61,878 nt of DNA from an uncultured Bacilli bacterium. Its GTDB lineage: Bacteria; Bacillota_I; Bacilli_A; RF39; UBA660. Shown piece by piece: positions 28,919 to 37,166 of the stretch. Numbering within the stretch: position 1 is the first letter of the stretch; the number at the start of each line of letters is the position of its first letter. Under the pieces are notes generated by a model. The model did not search any database and was not told the origin of the DNA. It saw nothing but the letters and a program-made list of their open reading frames with translations. Both the position numbers and the translations under genes were made by a program. The stretch is from the NCBI GenBank assembly GCA_934086775.1, contig CAKOIJ010000002.1, positions 1 to 61,878 on the forward strand. Reading direction: 5' to 3'.

Positions 28919-31324
28919 ATGTATAATTTTGATGAAGTAGAAAAAAAATGGCAAGAGTACTGGGAAAAACATCACACTTTTGAAGTGAAAAATGAAGGTA
29001 AAAATCCATATTACTTATTAGTTGAATTTCCATATCCAAGTGGTAGTGGCCTTCATGTAGGACATGTAAGAAGTTACACTGCTTTAGACTCAATGGCCAG
29101 AATGAAAAGAATGCAAGGATATAATGTATTGTTTCCTATGGGATTTGATGCTTTCGGAGCACCAGCAGAAGAATATGCTCTTAAAACACATACTCATCCC
29201 AAAGATGTCACTAAAGAATGTATAGATCACTTTAGAAATCAAATGAAAAGAATGGGCTTTGGTTTTGACTGGACAAGAGAATTTGCGACAACAGATCCGG
29301 ATTATTACAAATGGACACAATGGCAATTCTTACAATTTTTTAAACATGGAATGGCTTATAAGGATACAGTACCGGTAAACTGGTGTCCAAAATGTAAAAG
29401 TGTATTATCTAATGAAGATGCAGCTGGCGGGGTATGTGAGAGATGCGGCACTGAAGTTATACAAAAGGAAAAAAGTCAGTGGATGCTTAAAATGAGTTCA
29501 TATGCAGAAGATTTGCTTAAAGGTCTGGATGATACTCATTTTGCAGAAAAAGTTAAACTTGGTCAAATAAACTGGATAGGTAAATCAAGTGGAGTAGAAC
29601 TTGATGTTAATATAGTTGGTGGAGGCAAGTTTAGCGTTTTCACAACTTGTATTGAAACAGTATACGGAATTACTTTCTTCGTAATTGCCCCTGATGGCAA
29701 ATTAATAAAAGAATTAATGCCTAGAATTGAAAACAAAGAAGAAGTAGTAAAATACATAAACGAAACCGCAAAAAAATCAGACATGGATAGAACAGAACTT
29801 AACAAAGGAAAAACAGGTGTAGAATTAAAAGGATTAAAAGCAATAAATCCAGTTAACGGAAAAGAAGTTCCTATATTTATAGGTGACTTTGTATTAGGTG
29901 CATATGGCACAGGTGCTGTTATGGCTGTTCCTTCTCATGACCAAAGAGACTTTGAGTATGCTACAGTTCATAACATACCAATGATAAAAGTTATCGAAGG
30001 CAAAGATACTACTAATGAAGCATTTGAAAAAGGTGAGTACCTTGGTAAGGGATGCAAACTAATAAATTCAGAAGAATTTACTGGATTGACAGTAGAAGAA
30101 GCAAAAGAAAAAATAACTAAATACCTAGAAGAAAAAGGAATAGCAAAAAAAGTAAACAATTATAAAATGAGAGATTGGATATTCAGTAGACAAAGATTCT
30201 GGGGAGAACCAATACCAATGATAAATTGCCCAGAATGTGGATGGGTACCTATGGATGAAAAAGACTTACCTCTTTTACTTCCAGATGTTGCTGAATATGA
30301 ACCAACTGAAACTGGAGAAAGTCCTCTTGCTAAAATATCTGAATGGGTTAACTGTAAATGTCCAAAATGTGGTAATGATGCTAAAAGAGAAACAGATACT
30401 ATGCCACAGTGGGCTGGAAGTAGCTGGTATTTTCTAAGATTTATGGATGCCCATAACAATAAAGAATTTGCTAGTATGGAAGCAATGAAATACTGGAATA
30501 AAGTAAACTGGTACAATGGTGGAATGGAACACACTGCAAGACATCTATTATATGCAAGATTTTGGGTACAAATGCTTTATAACTTTGGTTTAGTTCCTAA
30601 CAAAGAAATGATAGACATAAGAGTTAGTCACGGAATGATACTTGGTAACAATCATGAAAAAATGAGTAAAAGTAAAGGTAATGTAATAAATCCAGATGAC
30701 ATAGTTAAAGAAGTTGGAGCAGATGCTTTAAGAGTTTATGAAATGTTTATAGGTGATTACCAACAAGATGCAGTTTGGTCAACTGACTCTTTAAGAGGAT
30801 GTAAAAGATTTTTAGACAAAATTGTTAGAATGGGTGAAAAAGTAGTAGAAAGTAATAAAATAAACGATGAGGTATTAATAAATAAAACGATTAAAAAAGT
30901 TACAGAAGACTTACTTACTCTTAAATATAACACAGCAGTTTCTTCATTAATGATTTTATCTAATGAACTAGATAAAAATGAAACAATTTCTAAAGAAGAA
31001 TACAGAATATTACTAACATTACTTAACCCGGTAGCGCCTCACATAACAGAAGAGCTAAATGAAAAATATAATTTAGGTAAACCAATATGTGAAAGTGAAT
31101 GGCCAAAATATGATGAAAGTAAAATAGTAGAAAAAACTGCGAAAATTGCTGTACAAGTAAATGGTAAACTGAGAAGTACAATCGAAGTGGAAGCAGACAC
31201 TCCAAAAGAAGAATTAATAAAACTTTCTAAAGAACTAGACAATGTAAAAAAACATATTGATGGAATGACTATAATTAAAGAAATAGTAGTGCCTAATAAA
31301 ATTGTTAACATTGTAGTTAAATAG
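28919..31324 (+). CDS. leuS: Leucyl-tRNA synthetase
   Basis: PYPSGSGLHVGH (HIGH), CP1 editing domain, KMSKSKGN. ATG 28919 lies 9 nt after AGGAG. Confidence 0.95.
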   Translation: MYNFDEVEKKWQEYWEKHHTFEVKNEGKNPYYLLVEFPYPSGSGLHVGHVRSYTALDSMARMKRMQGYNVLFPMGFDAFGAPAEEYALKTHTHPKDVTKECIDHFRNQMKRMGFGFDWTREFATTDPDYYKWTQWQFLQFFKHGMAYKDTVPVNWCPKCKSVLSNEDAAGGVCERCGTEVIQKEKSQWMLKMSSYAEDLLKGLDDTHFAEKVKLGQINWIGKSSGVELDVNIVGGGKFSVFTTCIETVYGITFFVIAPDGKLIKELMPRIENKEEVVKYINETAKKSDMDRTELNKGKTGVELKGLKAINPVNGKEVPIFIGDFVLGAYGTGAVMAVPSHDQRDFEYATVHNIPMIKVIEGKDTTNEAFEKGEYLGKGCKLINSEEFTGLTVEEAKEKITKYLEEKGIAKKVNNYKMRDWIFSRQRFWGEPIPMINCPECGWVPMDEKDLPLLLPDVAEYEPTETGESPLAKISEWVNCKCPKCGNDAKRETDTMPQWAGSSWYFLRFMDAHNNKEFASMEAMKYWNKVNWYNGGMEHTARHLLYARFWVQMLYNFGLVPNKEMIDIRVSHGMILGNNHEKMSKSKGNVINPDDIVKEVGADALRVYEMFIGDYQQDAVWSTDSLRGCKRFLDKIVRMGEKVVESNKINDEVLINKTIKKVTEDLLTLKYNTAVSSLMILSNELDKNETISKEEYRILLTLLNPVAPHITEELNEKYNLGKPICESEWPKYDESKIVEKTAKIAVQVNGKLRSTIEVEADTPKEELIKLSKELDNVKKHIDGMTIIKEIVVPNKIVNIVVK

Positions 31325-31451
31325 AAACAATTATTTAAAAGGATAAATTAACTTTTATTCTTTTTATTTAACTATTAAGCAGCAATAAGTTTTAAAAAAA
31401 CTTGATTTTGCCATAAGTTATGCTAAAATTGTAATCAAAGAAGGAAATAAT

Positions 31452-31880
31452 ATGATTAAAAGAATAGAAAAAAATAACAAAATATTTAAAAGTAGTGAAT
31501 TTCAAAAAGATAAACATAAATTTTTTAGAATACTACAAAATTTGAGTAGTGAAAATTTAGAACTTTACAGTGATGAAGAGAACTATGTGTTATGTAGAAG
31601 CGAAAAACAGTTATCTACTTGGATATGGACAAAAGATAATTTTGATAGACACTTATTGCCAGAAATAGAAAGCGCTATAGATAAATATAGATTAGATTTT
31701 GATACTAGATTTACCTGTAAAAAAGAATTATATAATTTATTAAAACAAGATGACTACAAGTACTTAGGAAATTATTATTTTGAAATGGGATATCTAGTAT
31801 GCTACGAAACAATTAAGCCAAAAAAAGTTGATGGTAAGTCCGCTTTAGCAAAAATAAGTGATATATATGTGTTGACGTAA
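31452..31880 (+). CDS. Hypothetical protein, possibly a truncated gene
   Basis: 142-aa ORF. Its TAA stop (31878..31880) is the only interruption before the in-frame tlyA-like remnant. Confidence 0.35.
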   Translation: MIKRIEKNNKIFKSSEFQKDKHKFFRILQNLSSENLELYSDEENYVLCRSEKQLSTWIWTKDNFDRHLLPEIESAIDKYRLDFDTRFTCKKELYNLLKQDDYKYLGNYYFEMGYLVCYETIKPKKVDGKSALAKISDIYVLT

Positions 31881-31901
31881 TTCGCTTATAATGAATCTAG
31901 A

Positions 31902-32204
31902 GAAATAAATGGAAAAGAAATCATATGCCTAATAAAACCACAATTTGAATGTGGTAAAGAAGTAGCAGATAAATATAAGGGAATAACATTAAATAAGGAA
32001 GTGCACGAAGAAGTAATAAAAAACGTAATAAATGAATTTAAAAAAATCAACTACTACTTAAATCAAATTACTTCGTCTCCAATAACAGGAGGAAATGGTA
32101 ACATAGAATACTTAGTATATTTAACTAGTGAAAATAAAAATTCAAAAATAAATATAAAAGATTTAGTAGAAAAAACTTTCGAAAAATTAAAATCAAAGGA
32201 GTAA
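31902..32204 (+). pseudogene. Remnant 3' copy of a tlyA-like gene (C-terminal ~95 codons only)
   Basis: Translates to KEIICLIKPQFECGKEVADKYKGITLNKEVHEEVIKNV...GGNGNIEYL. It aligns with the C-terminus of intact TlyA (25726..26007), about 65 of 92 residues identical by hand alignment. There is no N-terminal S4/SAM part. Confidence 0.7.
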
Positions 32205-32207
32205 AAA

Positions 32208-32786
32208 ATGAAATATTTAGGGTCAAAAATAATAGAAACAGAAAGAACAAAGTTAAGACCAACAATCGAATCAGACTTAATCACACTATGGAAAATGTTA
32301 GGAGATAAAGAACTTTCTAAATACTATTTAGTAGGAAAATATAATGAAGATTGGGAACAAGAGAAAAAATGGCAATATAAAAAATTAGAAAATGCGTTAA
32401 ATATGAATGTCTTCCAGTGGACAATAGTTTTAAAGGAAACTGGGGAAGTAATCGGCCAAATTTGCTGCCAAAACATAACAGATAAACCAGACACCATAAG
32501 AGACTTAGGATGGTTTATAGATAGAAAATATCAAGGGAAGGGCTTAGGTAGCGAAGTATCAAAAGCAGTAGTCGACTATATGTTTGAAGAGGTAGAAATA
32601 GATAAAATTGAGACGTCTGCTGCTGTAATTAACCCAGCATCTTGGAAACTAATGGAAAAAATGAACTTTAACAAAACAGGAAAATCTATAAATACCAAAT
32701 ACACTTTCCTAAATGAAGAAATAAAATGCGTATGCTATGAAATTACAAGAGATGAGTACATAAATAGAAAGCATCTAAAAAAATGA
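32208..32786 (+). CDS. GNAT-family N-acetyltransferase (RimJ/RimL-like)
   Basis: TERTKLRP N-terminus and QGKGLGSE acetyl-CoA binding motif. Confidence 0.8.
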   Translation: MKYLGSKIIETERTKLRPTIESDLITLWKMLGDKELSKYYLVGKYNEDWEQEKKWQYKKLENALNMNVFQWTIVLKETGEVIGQICCQNITDKPDTIRDLGWFIDRKYQGKGLGSEVSKAVVDYMFEEVEIDKIETSAAVINPASWKLMEKMNFNKTGKSINTKYTFLNEEIKCVCYEITRDEYINRKHLKK

Positions 32787-32903
32787 TATAGTGCTAAGAG
32801 GGGAAAATTAGATTGATGTTCAGAAGAGAATTACTACAAAAGCATAAAATATTATATTATTTAAGTGATTATAATTTTTATTTAATTTTTTGGTATAACA
32901 ATT

Positions 32904-32927
32904 ATATGGTATCTTAAGATACCATAT
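32904..32927. repeat. Perfect 24-nt palindrome
   Basis: atatggtatctt|aagataccatat; no clear T tract follows. Confidence 0.5.
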
Positions 32928-33040
32928 TACCTTTAAATATTATGTATCAATACATTAATTTATGATTTTCTCCCGAAATTGAAAACAAATTTTTTACAAA
33001 AATTAATCATTAAAAATGGCAAAAACATGTGAAAAAACAT

Positions 33041-33069
33041 TTGACAAACAGGAAAATATATGATACTCT
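33041..33069 (+). promoter_or_regulatory. Candidate promoter of the queC-like operon
   Basis: TTGACA (33041..33046), 17-nt spacer ending in TGa, TACTCT (33064..33069). Confidence 0.45.
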
Positions 33070-33099
33070 TTAAACAGAAAAGGCGAAAATAAATCATAA

Positions 33100-33358
33100 T
33101 ATGATATTTGCAGTTTAAGTTGCGCAAATGTTATTGTGAATTTTGATTAGTGTTAATCATTAAATACATTAATATTAGAGATTTAGATTGAGATATCATA
33201 ATTATATGATGTCTCTTCTTTTGGATATTAAACAATATTTGTAGTTAAAGTTGCACAAATAATTAATATCGCAAATATAATATTAATGTTTTTATTAGAT
33301 TTGCATAAATATTTGATGAGTTTGATTGGGAATATTGCGAGAGACAATATTCCCTTTT
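33100..33358 (+). promoter_or_regulatory. Tandem structured leader: two copies of a covarying hairpin, each followed by an intrinsic terminator
   Basis: Hairpin 1 is ATTTGC-agtttaagttgc-GCAAAT (33106..33129) and terminator 1 is gagatatcata/tatgatgtctc+ttctttt (33190..33222). Hairpin 2 is ATTTGT-agttaaagttgc-ACAAAT (33237..33260) and terminator 2 is gggaatattg/caatattccc+tttt (33328..33358). Confidence 0.6.
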
Positions 33359-33381
33359 CAAATATTAGAAGGAGGAAACTT

Positions 33382-34041
33382 ATGAAAAAAGCAATTATTG
33401 CTATTAGTGGAGGAATTGATAGTGCAGTTGTAGCGGCTTTAGCAAAAAAAGAGGGGTATGATTTATATTTTTTAACTGTAGATTATGGTCAAAAGAATAT
33501 AAAAAAAGAGTTACAGAACTCAAAGGCATTAGCAAAAAAATTTGGAGTTGTGGAACATAAAATTATTGATATGAAATGGTTGGGAGATTTAGGCAATTCA
33601 ATAACAACAGACATTAATATTCATTTTGAAAACGTATCGGACGATTTTATATATGTTCCATATAGAAACACGTGCATTATATCAGCATGTGTAGCATGGG
33701 CTGAAACAATAGATGCCGATGTAATATATACTGGTAGTGATGGGGGACCATTTGTGTGTCCTGATAATAGCCCAGAATATTACAAGAGTATAAATGACCT
33801 TGTTTCGATGTCAACAAAACTAAACACAAAAATTAAAGTAGTTGCACCACTTAATTACAGCGATAAGGCAGATATCATAAAAAAAGGATTAGAATTGAAT
33901 TTACCATTTGAAAACACTTGGAGTTGCGTTGTAAGAGATGATAAGGCTTGTGGTATTTGTAAACCATGTAGAGACAGAATAGAAGGATTCAAAAAAGTAG
34001 GAGTAAATGATCCTATAGAATACCTTGAAGGAGGAAAATAA
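33382..34041 (+). CDS. queC: QueC-family PP-loop ATPase (7-cyano-7-deazaguanine synthase-like)
   Basis: AISGGIDS PP-loop, VDYGQ, VPYRN, C-terminal Cys cluster SCVVRDDKACGICKPCRDR. ATG 33382 follows GGAGGA; the track start 33286 would place terminator 2 inside the CDS. Confidence 0.8.
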   Translation: MKKAIIAISGGIDSAVVAALAKKEGYDLYFLTVDYGQKNIKKELQNSKALAKKFGVVEHKIIDMKWLGDLGNSITTDINIHFENVSDDFIYVPYRNTCIISACVAWAETIDADVIYTGSDGGPFVCPDNSPEYYKSINDLVSMSTKLNTKIKVVAPLNYSDKADIIKKGLELNLPFENTWSCVVRDDKACGICKPCRDRIEGFKKVGVNDPIEYLEGGK

Positions 34042-34704
34042 ATGAAAAGTAAAGAAACAACAAATCAATTTTATTCAAAAATATTTCTTTTTATATCCAT
34101 ACTATTTGTAGCGTGTATACTAATATCCAATATACTCGCTTCAAAGATAATAAATATATTTGGTTTTTCGATGACTGGAGGAGTACTAGTATTTCCTATA
34201 ACATATATTTTAGGAGATGTAATTACAGAAATTTATGGCTACAAGAATTCAAAAAAAATCATTATTTATGGATTTATCTGTAATTTACTAATGGTATTAT
34301 TATTTGCACTTGCAATAAAGCTTCCTTACCCAGATTACTGGCAAAATCAAGAAGCATTTATATCAATATTAAGTAATACACCAAGATTACTATTGGCTTC
34401 TTTTATAGGATATTTAGTTGGTGGTTTATCGAACTCATATATTATGGAATACATAAAAAACAACTCTAAAATTAAACATTTATGGTTCAGAACAATACTT
34501 TCAACTATAGTTGGTGAAAGCCTAGATACCTTTATATTCTTAATGATAGGATTTTATGGCACAATGAAAACAAACAACTTATTGCCTATGATTTTTTATC
34601 AATCTTTAGCTAAAATATTGTATGAAACTTTATTTACGCCAATCACATACAAAGTAATCACATACATTAAAAAGAAAGAAAAAAGCTTGAATTATGTACA
34701 CTAA
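34042..34704 (+). CDS. yhhQ: YhhQ/Vut_1 (DUF165)-family queuosine-precursor transporter
   Basis: Six hydrophobic segments and VFPITYILGDVITEIYGY, VGESLDTFIFL motifs typical of the family. Starts 1 nt after the queC stop. Confidence 0.8.
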   Translation: MKSKETTNQFYSKIFLFISILFVACILISNILASKIINIFGFSMTGGVLVFPITYILGDVITEIYGYKNSKKIIIYGFICNLLMVLLFALAIKLPYPDYWQNQEAFISILSNTPRLLLASFIGYLVGGLSNSYIMEYIKNNSKIKHLWFRTILSTIVGESLDTFIFLMIGFYGTMKTNNLLPMIFYQSLAKILYETLFTPITYKVITYIKKKEKSLNYVH

Positions 34705-34718
34705 AAAATGGTGATAAT

Positions 34719-35504
34719 ATGAAGAAGGAAAAAAAGAAATACAAAATAAGTGTAGTTATATGTGTGGCAGATGATTTGAGAATAAAAAATATGTTAGACA
34801 GCATTAATGAACATTGTGAGGTACTAATAGTTCTTAATGGGGCTACGCATCAATTAAAAGAAATCATAAATTGCTATGACTCAATGGATAGATTTGAATT
34901 AAACACAATTGAAATCGAAGAAAGAAATCTTAGTAAAGCTCGTAATTTAGGAATGATAAATGCAAAATACGATAAAGTAGTATTTTATGATAGTGATTGT
35001 ATTATGACAAAAAATGCTTTGCAAAACTATGATAAATATTTAGACAAATATTTATTAGTTGATGGTCAAGTAAATTTTAAAAGTGATAATTTTCAAAGCA
35101 AAATAATTAGTGTCCAAAGATCAATGGGGTTGCCAGGATACGCATTATGTCCATCAATAGGAATAAACAAAAAAATAAAAGACAAAATAGAATATTATTT
35201 TGATGAAGATATAAAATGGATAGAAGATTCAGAACTAAATGTACGTGTTCAAAACAAAAACATTAAAATAGGCTTTATAAATGATTTAACTTGTATCCAC
35301 GATAATTTGACATTTAGACAAGATTTAAAATCTGCTTATAGATATGGTACAGGTGTTAAAACAGCAAGTAGAAAAGGACTTCATAAAAAAAGTCCTAATG
35401 CAAATTGGAATTTAATAATTCCTTGTGTAAAAAAGAATATTTTAACTGGGGTTTATTGTATATTATGGAATATAGTATATTGTGTAGGTTATTACACAAG
35501 TTAG
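34719..35504 (+). CDS. Family 2 glycosyltransferase
   Basis: ISVVICVADD N-terminal beta-strand and the YDSD (DxD) motif. Confidence 0.75.
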   Translation: MKKEKKKYKISVVICVADDLRIKNMLDSINEHCEVLIVLNGATHQLKEIINCYDSMDRFELNTIEIEERNLSKARNLGMINAKYDKVVFYDSDCIMTKNALQNYDKYLDKYLLVDGQVNFKSDNFQSKIISVQRSMGLPGYALCPSIGINKKIKDKIEYYFDEDIKWIEDSELNVRVQNKNIKIGFINDLTCIHDNLTFRQDLKSAYRYGTGVKTASRKGLHKKSPNANWNLIIPCVKKNILTGVYCILWNIVYCVGYYTS

Positions 35505-35513
35505 GGAGGTAAA

Positions 35514-37157
35514 ATGAAAGTTTTAGGATTAAATGGATGGACAGAAAGAGGACACGATGGTGGAGCTAGTTTAATTGTGGATGGCAAATTATTGTTTTCT
35601 ATAGAAGAAGAAAAATTAATTGGAAAACGTCATGCCTACGATACTTTACCATTAGAATCAATAAAAGCATGTTTAAATGCGGGTAACATAACATTAGATG
35701 ATATTGACAGATTTGTCATAGGTTGGGATTTTGAAAAAATTTATAAAATGCTTGGGAAAGAATTTTTAACTAAAGAGGAAGTATCTAAAATTTTGTTTAA
35801 TAATAACAAATATGCAAATAAATTAGAATACTTAGAGCATCATAAAGCACATGCTTATAGTGCATTTATACCATCAAATTACGAAAAAGCGCTTGTATTA
35901 ATTGTAGATGGACAGGGTGAATATATGGGAACAACTTTATATTTGGCCGATAGAAACAAAAATGACTTGAAATTAATGATGGAAACACCGGTATCAATTG
36001 GATACTTTTATGCCGGAATTACAAAACAAATTGGTTTTAAAAGTGGAGAAGAAGGAAAGACTATGGGACTTGCTTCGTATGGAGAGCCTATATATGCAGA
36101 TGAATTAAGAAAACTAATATATTTAAAAGAAGATGGAAGTATAGGATGTGTATTTCATATAGATAAAATTAGCAAAGATGAAGAAGATGCAACACTTCAA
36201 AAATGGGAAAAATTATTATCAAAAATTATACCAAAAAGAGAAGGAAAAATAATTAATATAACTGAAGATATAATACCATATGCAAATCTAGCACGCTCTG
36301 CCCAAAAAGTAATAGAGGAATTGATGACTGGAATAATAAAAAAATACGTTAAAGAAACTGGTGTTCATAACGTTTGCATAGCAGGAGGTGTGGGTCTTAA
36401 TTGTCCTACTTCAACTGCCGTTGAAAAATTAAAAGAAGTAGATGGAGTATTTATACAACCTGCAGCAAATGATGGAGGTATATCATTAGGTGCCGCAATT
36501 CAAGGTGCACTTGATCTTGGAGATAATGTAAATATTGAAATGATACCTTATCTAGGAAATAAATTTTCTCAAGAAATAATTGAAAGTGAACTTCAAAAGA
36601 AAAATTATGAATACAAAGTATATGACAATATAGAAAAAATAATTGCAGAATTAATTTATGAAGGAAAAATAGTAGCAAATTACCAAGGACGCTTAGAACT
36701 AGGACCAAGAGCTTTAGGTAATCGTAGTCTGCTAGCAAGCCCTGAAAAATATGAAACTTTAGTTAGAATGAATGAACTAAAAGGAAGAGAAGTTTGGAGA
36801 CCTCTAGCACCTGCAGTTTTATATGACAAGCAAGAAATGGTGTTTGATTCAAATATATTTTCACCTCATATGACAAAAAACTTTAATGTGTTAAATGAAA
36901 TGAAAGATAAATTAGAGGCAATTACTCACGTTGATGGTACAGCGCGTATTCAATCAGTTACGAAAAAATATAATGAATTATTTTATAATATAATAAATGA
37001 ATTTTACAAATTATCAGGTATTCCAGTAGTTATAAATACATCCTTTAATGTAAAAGGAGAGCCAATTGTTAATACTCCAAGCGAAGCAATAGATAGTTTT
37101 GAAAGAATGAATTTAGACTATTTATCAATAGGAAGATGTTTAGTTAAAAAGAAATGA
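35514..37157 (+). CDS. NodU/CmcH/TobZ-family carbamoyltransferase
   Basis: MKVLGLNGWTERGHDGGASLIVDGKL, EHHKAHAYSAF, GGVGLNC, GPRALGNRSLLASP, NTSFNVKGEPIV motifs. Confidence 0.85.
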   Translation: MKVLGLNGWTERGHDGGASLIVDGKLLFSIEEEKLIGKRHAYDTLPLESIKACLNAGNITLDDIDRFVIGWDFEKIYKMLGKEFLTKEEVSKILFNNNKYANKLEYLEHHKAHAYSAFIPSNYEKALVLIVDGQGEYMGTTLYLADRNKNDLKLMMETPVSIGYFYAGITKQIGFKSGEEGKTMGLASYGEPIYADELRKLIYLKEDGSIGCVFHIDKISKDEEDATLQKWEKLLSKIIPKREGKIINITEDIIPYANLARSAQKVIEELMTGIIKKYVKETGVHNVCIAGGVGLNCPTSTAVEKLKEVDGVFIQPAANDGGISLGAAIQGALDLGDNVNIEMIPYLGNKFSQEIIESELQKKNYEYKVYDNIEKIIAELIYEGKIVANYQGRLELGPRALGNRSLLASPEKYETLVRMNELKGREVWRPLAPAVLYDKQEMVFDSNIFSPHMTKNFNVLNEMKDKLEAITHVDGTARIQSVTKKYNELFYNIINEFYKLSGIPVVINTSFNVKGEPIVNTPSEAIDSFERMNLDYLSIGRCLVKKK

Positions 37158-37166
37158 GAATAAGAA

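Noticed and set aside
33100-33260. Calling the queC-like leader a preQ1-I riboswitch
   Set aside because: The genomic context invites that call. However, the hairpins have A/T-rich 6-bp stems with 12-nt loops and no A-rich 3' tail, unlike the compact G/C-stem plus A-tail preQ1-I consensus as I remember it. It is left as unclassified pending a covariance-model scan.
33286-33381. N-terminal 32-codon extension of the queC-like ORF in the track
   Set aside because: The extension would run through intrinsic terminator 2 and has no RBS. ATG 33382 is preceded by GGAGGA and gives the canonical MKKAIIAISGG QueC N-terminus.
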